This document shows, one piece after another, positions 1-8,872 of a stretch of DNA of 35,446 bases. Under the pieces are notes generated by a model. It saw only the letters and a list, made by a program, of their open reading frames with translations, ran no database searches and was not told the DNA's origin. The position numbers and the translations under genes were made by a program. Positions within the stretch are counted from its first letter, which is position 1. Each line of letters starts with the position of its first letter. The DNA comes from Thraustochytrium aureum (taxonomy: Eukaryota), in the NCBI GenBank assembly GCA_012862495.1, contig BLSG01000422.1, forward strand, positions 83,884 through 119,329. Direction: 5' to 3'.

Positions 1-799
1 CCCCGCGGGGACCAGAGCAAGAGGGGCTCGAAGAGCCCCTTTAGCTTTGACGAGCCCGCCTCGTCGCGCCGATCGCTCACAGCGGGCCAAGAGCTCGAAT
101 CCCTGGCCAAGAGCTTCGCGGCGGCGCCGGATGGCGTGCCGCAGGCAGAGGCAGAGCCCCTCCAGCCAAGCGGCTCAGAAATCCGCAGTCAAGGTTCAGG
201 CGCTCGTCAGGGGGCGCAGCACAAGGAAAAGGACGCGCAATCTGTTTTTGTGGCGCCTGAAGGCGAGAGGCAGTTCCGGCGATCCGGCCGCTCAGGCAGT
301 GCACGGTGCAGAAGACGTAGAGGCTGTCACAAAGATCCAGGCGGTGCACCGCGGCTCGGTAGTGCGCAGGGCGTTTCAGTCCTTCAAGGAGACCGCGGCG
401 AAAGCTGCCGTGAAAATCCAGGCCGTGCACCGCGGCAGCGCAGTTCGCAGGGCGGGTCGGAAGCGCTCGATTTGGGACCGGTACATCGAGCCCACCGACT
501 CTGCCACGGTGACCTCGCCGGTGCACCTGCACGTTGGGGAAGCGGGCGTTGTTAGTTTGCCAGCTGATCAGGCCGCAGCGGCTGTGCCAGATCCGCCCTC
601 GCCGTCTTCTGCGCGGGAGCGAAGGAGGGTAGCGAGCCACTTGAAGCTGCCTACCGTCCGCATGCCCAAGGTGGGTCTGAACCCGCTTCACCTTGTCCAC
701 AAAGGGACCCGGGCGGCGCGCGCGCTTTCCAAGAACTCGACGGCCTCGACGTCAGGGTCCGAGACAGACAGCTCCGAATACAAAGTGTCCATTGTGTAG
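1..799 (+). CDS. IQ-motif (calmodulin-binding) protein segment, 5'-partial; possibly the N-terminal part of the downstream TRP gene
   Basis: Three IQ-like motifs: SAVKVQALVRGRSTRK (~182-230), AVTKIQAVHRGSVVRR (~323-370) and AAVKIQAVHRGSAVRR (~404-451). The reading frame is open from the window start, with a probable 1-nt homopolymer slip at GAAATCC (~180). TAG at 797-799. Confidence 0.7.
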   Translation, partial: PAGTRARGARRAPLALTSPPRRADRSQRAKSSNPWPRASRRRRMACRRQRQSPSSQAAQKSAVKVQALVRGRSTRKRTRNLFLWRLKARGSSGDPAAQAVHGAEDVEAVTKIQAVHRGSVVRRAFQSFKETAAKAAVKIQAVHRGSAVRRAGRKRSIWDRYIEPTDSATVTSPVHLHVGEAGVVSLPADQAAAAVPDPPSPSSARERRRVASHLKLPTVRMPKVGLNPLHLVHKGTRAARALSKNSTASTSGSETDSSEYKVSIV

Positions 800-845
800 G
801 TAGACTAAACAACAACGCTCTCAACGGTGAGAAACAAGTAAGTAG

Positions 846-1013
846 GAAGTCCATCCGAACCGAGGCGCCGCGTTAGCGACTGGATTAGCGAGCACAATGC
901 CGATATTTTGCGACCTTTTGAAGCGCCCAGCGTCCTGCGCAATGCAACGCGAACTGCCGCGGCACTCGTAGCCATGAAGCGAGTCCTTCGCATGAAGCGA
1001 GCCCTTCGCCTGA
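846..1013 (+). CDS. Possible coding exon continuing the IQ segment into the gap
   Basis: Open, protein-like sequence (SPSEPRRRVSDWISEHNADILRPFEAPSVLRNATRTAAALVAMKRVLRMKRALRL) in the same frame as 47-799, after an AT-richer stretch ending in AG at 845. I found no convincing phase-matched donor. Confidence 0.3.
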
Positions 1014-1899
1014 NNNNNNNNNNNNNNNNNNNNNNNNNNNNNNNNNNNNNNNNNNNNNNNNNNNNNNNNNNNNNNNNNNNNNNNNNNNNNNNNNNNNNNN
1101 NNNNNNNNNNNNNNNNNNNNNNNNNNNNNNNNNNNNNNNNNNNNNNNNNNNNNNNNNNNNNNNNNNNNNNNNNNNNNNNNNNNNNNNNNNNNNNNNNNNN
1201 NNNNNNNNNNNNNNNNNNNNNNNNNNNNNNNNNNNNNNNNNNNNNNNNNNNNNNNNNNNNNNNNNNNNNNNNNNNNNNNNNNNNNNNNNNNNNNNNNNNN
1301 NNNNNNNNNNNNNNNNNNNNNNNNNNNNNNNNNNNNNNNNNNNNNNNNNNNNNNNNNNNNNNNNNNNNNNNNNNNNNNNNNNNNNNNNNNNNNNNNNNNN
1401 NNNNNNNNNNNNNNNNNNNNNNNNNNNNNNNNNNNNNNNNNNNNNNNNNNNNNNNNNNNNNNNNNNNNNNNNNNNNNNNNNNNNNNNNNNNNNNNNNNNN
1501 NNNNNNNNNNNNNNNNNNNNNNNNNNNNNNNNNNNNNNNNNNNNNNNNNNNNNNNNNNNNNNNNNNNNNNNNNNNNNNNNNNNNNNNNNNNNNNNNNNNN
1601 NNNNNNNNNNNNNNNNNNNNNNNNNNNNNNNNNNNNNNNNNNNNNNNNNNNNNNNNNNNNNNNNNNNNNNNNNNNNNNNNNNNNNNNNNNNNNNNNNNNN
1701 NNNNNNNNNNNNNNNNNNNNNNNNNNNNNNNNNNNNNNNNNNNNNNNNNNNNNNNNNNNNNNNNNNNNNNNNNNNNNNNNNNNNNNNNNNNNNNNNNNNN
1801 NNNNNNNNNNNNNNNNNNNNNNNNNNNNNNNNNNNNNNNNNNNNNNNNNNNNNNCCTCGTCCTCGAGACGGCGATACTCCCAGACACCGGAGCATTCAG

Positions 1900-2146
1900 A
1901 TGTTCGTTCTTTTGTTCTTTCGTTTGTTCATTCTTTCGTTTGTTCATTCATTCGTTTGTTCATTCGTCGTTCATTCGTTCGTTCATTTGTTTGTTCATTT
2001 GTTCTTTCGTTTGTTCATTTGTTCTTTTGTTCATCTTTCGTTCTTTTGTTCGTTCGTTAGTTCTTTTGTTCTTTTGTTCGTTCGTTCTTTCGTTTGTTCG
2101 TTCTTTCGTTTGTTCGTTCGTTCTTTCGTTTGTTCGTTCGTTCTTG
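1900..2146. repeat. Degenerate tetranucleotide microsatellite (TTCG/TTTG/TTCA/TTCT)n
   Basis: Directly visible T-rich tandem 4-mers over about 245 nt; probably intronic or intergenic. Confidence 0.9.
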
Positions 2147-2235
2147 GTGCGTTGGTGGTGCTTTTCCGGTTCAAAGTTGTTAGTTTTTCGGCTTCCAAGT
2201 GGGTCGCTCGCAAGCGCAGGGGGCTCTGGAGGTAA

Positions 2236-3443
2236 CGGTCAGATCAGCGTGGCGCCAGCCGTCTGTCCCTGATCGGCGGAGCTGCGCGGCAGTCCCTGAC
2301 AGACGAGGCTGGCCCGCGTCCGCGGCGCTTGCCATTCAGTGGGAGCTACTTGCTCGTGGCTTGGCAAGGAAAAGCTCCGCGCGAAGGCTGGCGAGCAAGC
2401 AAGAGGGCCGGCCCAAGAACGAGCGAGGCGCCCGTGCCCAGGCGGAGGATGAACAAGAGGCCGCGGAGCGCAATCGCAACGAGCAGGAGGCCCGGCGATC
2501 TTGCGCAGCTCGAGCAGACGTCGGCGTGGGACGCCTGGCTGAAAAGCAAGCGCCTTCAGCTGATTGCGCCGACATGGAGCACTCCGCGCGAGCTGGCCGT
2601 GTTTCTCAAACAGCGCGGCTGTGACGTCTCGCTGTGGGGGTACGAGAAGAGCAGCAAAAGCGTCGAAGCGCTATTTCGAGAGCTTACGAGCTACAAGAGC
2701 TGCCTGTGCGAAACATCGCAGTCGCGCTCGAGCTGCTCGGGAAGCATCGTGCGATGCGTCTCGTCCCTCCGTGTCAGGTTCGTGAACGACGAGGACGAAA
2801 TCCTCGTGGAAGAAGTGCAAGACAAGAGCAGTGCGTGGTTTTTCTCGCCGCTCGCAGTGCGCGTTCGAATTGGCGAGTCGCCCTTCAAAGCTTCGGAGCG
2901 GCTACTGTTCAAACTGACAGGAGTCGAAGCGCACCGCCGCGTCGGGATGGTTGCGCTGGCTGAGCAAGAAGCCCTAGAGAGGCACGCCCCACTGACTCGG
3001 ACGTCTCTCTCAATGCGTGGCGTCGTATATTCCCCATTGCAATACGACAAGCCTATGGAGTACGAGTCCTTGTCCTCCTCCACATACCCCACATTGACGA
3101 CGGTCTACCGCATCAATGCGCTGACGCTGCGACTCGCAGAGCTGGGCTCGGACAATTCCATTTTGGCGCTTGCGGCAGAGCAGAAGAGGTCTCTTGTCTG
3201 GGTGAGCGCTGCGCAGGCCAAGCTCGTGTACTTCCACATCGACCTGCAGCGCGCCAAGCAGGGCCAAGCGTCGAAAGAGACAAACCACAAGGGCGGCGGC
3301 GTCTATGAGGACTTTGAGGACGAGCACCAGCAAGATGGCGACGAGGACGGGGAGGGCGAGGGCGAGGAGGACGATCTGGCCTCGTCGACCCAGCATCGGA
3401 ACAACCACACCCTCGACCACCTTGCGCACGCCGAACGGTACGC
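2236..3443 (+). CDS. Coding segment with degenerate Nudix-like domain copy 1, probably an upstream exon of the TRP gene
   Basis: Motifs FLKQRGCDVSLWG..KSVEALFREL, IVRCVSSLRVRFVNDEDEILVEEVQ, GESPFKASERLLFKLTG and SSTYPTLTTVYRI, followed by an acidic linker, with no stop before the gap. A probable homopolymer slip lies near 2491. A GTACGC donor-like site is at 3438. Confidence 0.6.
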
Positions 3444-3796
3444 NNNNNNNNNNNNNNNNNNNNNNNNNNNNNNNNNNNNNNNNNNNNNNNNNNNNNNNNN
3501 NNNNNNNNNNNNNNNNNNNNNNNNNNNNNNNNNNNNNNNNNNNNNNNNNNNNNNNNNNNNNNNNNNNNNNNNNNNNNNNNNNNNNNNNNNNNNNNNNNNN
3601 NNNNNNNNNNNNNNNNNNNNNNNNNNNNNNNNNNNNNNNNNNNNNNNNNNNNNNNNNNNNNNNNNNNNNNNNNNNNNNNNNNNNNNNNNNNNNNNNNNNN
3701 NNNNNNNNNNNNNNNNNNNNNNNNNNNNNNNNNNNNNNNNNNNNNNNNNNNNNNNNNNNNNNNNNNNNNNNNNNNNNNNNNNNNNNNNNNNNGCAG

Positions 3797-6700
3797 ATGG
3801 CCTCGGTGCTCGTCGATCTTTTGGGCAAGCTTGGAGACCTTGTCGAGCGCAAGCGCCGCGAGAAGGCCTTTGGGCTGATGAGGACCACGCACTGGATCCA
3901 GAGCGCCGCGAGCTCGGGGCTAGCAACGCTCTCCATGGCCGTCAACTCGCCCAACGCGGTGCATCCCGAAGGCGGCTTGGTCGCGGACTCCCTGTCGCAC
4001 CCGAACCATTTGGCAAAGTCCACGCGGCGGGGCAAAACCATGTCGAGCTTTTTCCATCGGATCTCCAAGGAGCTCCAGCTGCAGACCGTCTTCCGCGCAA
4101 TGTCATTCGACAAGTACGGGCATCTCATTCCGCTTTCCGACTGCCCCTGGTTCAAGAGCATCCAGGCCGAGTTTTCCGGCAGCGCAAGCCACAGATCCGC
4201 CGCGGACAAGCCAGCGAGCCGCGGCGCGCCGCACGCCAGCAGGCTCACGGACAGCGCCGTCGACCTGTTCTGCCTCTGGCTCGTTTCGGCTGGGCTTGAC
4301 CTTTCCTCTTACAAAACGCAGACGGTCAACAAGCTCCTTGAAGAGACACTAGCTCAAAAGTGCGAGCTGACCCTGCACCCGCGCACTCGCAAGCTAGAGC
4401 GCGTCGTGCGGACGGCCAAGATTCTCGTCTACGAAAAGCCGTCGTCGCCGAGCTGCGAGGACCCTGCAGCGCTCGGCGCGTCGACCGATGGTGACGCAAA
4501 CGGCTCCCACTTCCTGGAGATGCCTCCCGCATGCACGCGGCGCCTCATCGTGCACCGCGTGTTCCCGGTGAGCAAAGGCGACACCTTTTTTCTCGGGGCG
4601 GCACAGACCGACGCTGCAGGGCCAGGCGGCGCGCAGATCTCTATGGATTTTAGCCCGGCCTTGAACCAAAAGGCCAAAGGGAACGAATACATGCTTGACG
4701 TGGTAGACAAGATCGTCGCGAAAAACTTTGCCACGAACGTGACGCCAGACCCTGCAAACGCAGAGTCCCGCGTGCGGTGCCAGCCGTACATCAAGTCGCT
4801 TTACATGTTGGAGCCCAAGACGGAGACAAACGTGTCCCCGTCCTTCCCAGGCCTTGCCACGCGGTACTATCTGCACCAGTTCTGGGTCCGTCTCGGCGGA
4901 ATCCCGACCGGGTCCAACTTTGTCACTTGGACACGCGACAGCAAGACCGGCCAGGAGGCCCAGTGCTTTTGGATGTGGATGGACGGGGTGGAGACGAGCG
5001 TGTTTGAGAACAGGCGCAGCATGCTCGAGTTCTTCGTGCGCCAGCCCGTATGCAGGGCAAACCTCGCTCAGTACGTTCGCGAAAAAGCACAAGCCTCGAA
5101 AGGGCTCAGCCCGATGCTCCCACCACTTTCGCCCCTAGTGGTCGACTGGGGCTTTGTGCGCCTCTTCCACGCGCAGATGCTCGACGGGTGCCGATTCAAC
5201 GACGAATACCTCGTCAAGTTTGCCGCGGACAAACTGTGGGCATGCCGCGCGGCGAAAGACTGGCGCCCGGCCGACCGGAGCCGCATCATTCTAGAGGGCC
5301 TGGAGGTCGCCCTGAATTCTAAATCCTGGCGAGCAGCTCATGCTCTTCTCTGCGTGTTCGTCGAGGACTCTGTGGGTTTCAAGGCAGACGCGGTGTCGCC
5401 GACGAGCCCTGGCAGGCGGTCGCGAGTCAGCACGCACAGCATCAGGCAGCTCCACGAGGCGCAGTCACTTACGCACTTCAACGTCGTCTTGGTTATTGCG
5501 TCGCTGATCAATGCGCAGCCCATCGTGTCCCAAATGAAGGAAGTCCTGGTTGCCAAGAAGATCGAGCGGTTCGCCGCGGCCTCCTTTTGCGTTATCCCGA
5601 CTGTTCGGCTGGGGCACGCGCGAATGCTGCGCCTTCTGCTGGAGATGGTGCCTCATTTCGTCAATGGACCATTCTTCCCGCGGGCTGACTCCAGGCGAGC
5701 AACAGGAGGCAGCCCGCGTCAGGGACCATCCGGGTTTGCGCCCCATGTGGGTGGACGAGGCGAGCACCTTGCGCACGTTCGGGCTCACTGCAGATGCGGT
5801 CAGCCTGCTCTGCAAGTCTGGGGGCGGGATGACGGTCTTCATCCCCGGCTACCACGAATTCAGCACCGTGGCAAACCATGCCCCGCAACGCGGCGTCTTC
5901 GGCGGCGGCGGGGCGTCCGCGACTTACACAGAGGCGGCGTTGACCAGGGTCCGTCGCTGGCTGGGCTGGATTTCGCTCCCGCTCCCGATTCACTCGAGCA
6001 AGGTCGACGTGATCAACGAGGATGAAGACGCCAAGCAGCAGATCCAGCCGTTCGGATGGGCGGTTCTTCTCGGCACTATCTGTCCAGTCGAGGTGCGGCG
6101 CGCGCGCATCCCGCTGGACCCCCGAATGACGCAAGTGCTTGGAGTGGCGCTCTCCTTTTGCCCGCCCGACCTGCCGGTCTACAAAGAGTTTCTCGAGATT
6201 TACGCTATCTCGATCGTTTCCGTGTGCTGGAACGACAAAGCCATATTCGGGTACGAGCTCGAGTCGCAGCGCATGATCATCAGCTTCCTGGAGGAGTGCC
6301 ACTTTCCCTTCCACACAGCCCTTATGCTCACAAGCATTCTCCGCAAGCTCTCCAAGGGTGGCACCTACTACAGCACGGAACTTGGTGTCTTGCTCGAGTG
6401 GATGAAGAAGGAGTGTGACAGGATGCTAAACAGCTGCACCTCGCAAGAGGAGGCCAACGCGGTGCTCTTCGAGCAAGTTCGCGTCGAGCCAGAGATCACC
6501 ACGGCCCACGTGTTCCAGGACGCCGCCCAAAACGCGCCGCCAGAGGCTCCTGACCGCGAGAGCACCTCGGAAACTTCCGCTTTGTACATTGCGATATCGT
6601 GCCGGATCAAGAACGTTGTGGCTTCGACGTGGTTTCAGGGCACGAACGAAAACAAGATCTGGTTTTACGAGTGGCATCGCTCGGACAAGTTTCCCCAGGT

Positions 6701-8360
6701 GTACGAGTCGTTTGCGCATTCGCAAGTTCGCACAGTCGGCCTAACCGTGCTGATTCTGCTCGAGCTTGTCATCATGATCCCGATCTGGTGCATGGCGCCG
6801 TTTTCGGTCAAGCTCAGCGCCTGGCGGGACAAGCTGGCCATCAACTCGGCGTACTTCAAGTTCCTCAGCCACACGCTCCTCCACTGCGTTTTCGTTGTGC
6901 TAGTGTGCCTCGAGGCGAGCATGCGCGGCCCTGCTCACGTGGAAAGGTACGCGGCGCAGCCGGCGCAGTTGGGCCCGTTGGAGCGCGTTGTGTACGTCTG
7001 GGTCTTAGGGCTCGTCGCTTCCGAAGCTCACGCGGTCTACTTTGACCCGATCTCGTACATGTCGAGCGCGGTCAACCTCGTCGACATCATGTACTTGTGC
7101 TGCTTTGTGCTTGCCTTTGCGTTTCGCTGGGCCTCCACTCACATGGCCGAGTCTGGCTCCTCCGGAGAGCATGTCCATGACTCGCTGGCGCACGACGGAC
7201 GGGTGCTCGCCAGTGTTGGCTCTGCTGCCCAAGAGGCGACCCACCCGCCGAGTGCGCTGGGCCAGGCGAACGCCTCGCTTGGCCCTCCGGAAGGTCCCCC
7301 AGACCCCGTTTGGTTTGCCCCCGACGGCTCGTGGACAGCTTTCGGCGCAGCAAGCTACTCGGAGGTGTTCCTCGCGGCAGGCGCGCTACTAGCGGTGTAC
7401 CGGCTGGTCCACCTCAGCGGCTACCACCCGCGTCTGGGTCCGCTGTACGCCTCGATCAAGAAGATGGGCGTCGACCTCGCCCTGTTTTCGTTCTTGCTCC
7501 TCATCCTGATGTTTGGCAACGGCCTTGCCATGGTTTTCGTTCTCCGCCGCTACGACGACGGCCAAGGGCAATACGTTTCCTCCGAGGACTTGGACGGCCC
7601 TATGATGTCCGGATTTGCTGGCACGTTCGCGCTGCTTGGCACGGTCATGTTCAGTGGCGAAGTGCCGGACGGAATGATCCGCCTCACGCCCGCGGACAAC
7701 ATCATCTGGTACGGCCTGATCATCTTCCACCTACTCACAGTGGTCATCGTCCTGCTCTCGCTGCTGATCGCGATGATGAACCGCACGTACGAGAGGACGC
7801 AAGACGCGGCGCGCGTGGTGTACCTAAATGGCCGCATGGATTTGATCAACGACTATGCTGGGCTGCCGGTCGTTCCGCCGCCGTTCAACCTTGTCACGAT
7901 TCCGTTCGAGGTGGCTGCGCTCCTGTTCAATCACTTTCGGTACGGAAACAGCCGGGCCGTCTTTCTCAAGCAAGAGAGGGGTTCAAGCGTGCGCGCGCTC
8001 GTGGACGCCATCAACCCGTTCGCGCACAGCAACGAGGACTTGGCCGCGCCGATTCGGGACAAGTTGCGCAGCAAGAGAAAGTACCAGATCAACAATTCCA
8101 TGCGCAAGATCCGCTGCCAGGTCATGGCGCGGTATTTCGACGCGGTGCGCGCAGAGCTCGAGATGCCCTCGCGCCAGCAGGTGCTGGCTGCTGAGCTGGA
8201 AGAGGCACGCAAGGCAAACTTGGCTGGGGGCCAGCAAGTGAGCCCGACCGCGGCGGTCAAGTATGCAAACGACAAGGCGGGCACCGTGTGGCCCACCCTC
8301 CACCCAACGGATCCTTCGCAAGACTGGGGCACGCCTCCGCGCGCTGCCGCTCCCAGCCAA
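3797..8360 (+). CDS. Group-1 TRP cation channel (TRPM/TRPC-like) with N-terminal Nudix-like domain copy 2; 3' end runs into the gap (or to TGA 8687)
   Basis: TRPM-like pre-S1 motifs (PFGWAVLLG, TALMLTSILRKLS, SALYIAISCRIKNVVASTWFQ), six hydrophobic segments, S4-S5 linker RLGPLYASIKKMGVD, S6 VLLSLLIAMMNRTY and TRP-domain PVVPPPFNLV. There is a frame change between 5648 and 5705. It is either a 58-nt GTGCCT..GCTGAC..CAACAG intron that restores the frame or an indel. Confidence 0.85.
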
Positions 8361-8872
8361 NNNNNNNNNNNNNNNNNNNNNNNNNNNNNNNNNNNNNNNN
8401 NNNNNNNNNNNNNNNNNNNNNNNNNNNNNNNNNNNNNNNNNNNNNNNNNNNNNNNNNNNNNNNNNNNNNNNNNNNNNNNNNNNNNNNNNNNNNNNNNNNN
8501 NNNNNNNNNNNNNNNNNNNNNNNNNNNNNNNNNNNNNNNNNNNNNNNNNNNNNNNNNNNNNNNNNNNNNNNNNNNNNNNNNNNNNNNNNNNNNNNNNNNN
8601 NNNNNNNNNNNNNNNNNNNNNNNNNNNNNNNNNNNNNNGGCCGCCGCCGCCGCCGCCACCTGGAGGCGCCCACGGCGCTGTGGTTGATCCTGGCCGGTTT
8701 GGTGACAAAATGGACGCCCAACTCGGTCGTCTTGGACGTGCGGGCGGCAGACCCTGATCGCGCACGAGGCCCGCCTCGCGCAGGGCAAGCCAGCCAGGCA
8801 TCTGCGCGCAGACGGAAGCGGCATTGGGCGGGAACGCGGGCGGCGGGCGCGTGGCTTGGCCGGTCGGGAGGG

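Noticed and set aside
1900..2235. Hydrophobic F/V/S-rich ORF resembling a membrane protein
   Set aside because: It is a translation of the TTCG microsatellite.
805..2272. Long ORFs spanning N-runs, here and at the other nine gaps
   Set aside because: They are artefacts of translating Ns as X, and the frame across a gap is unknown.
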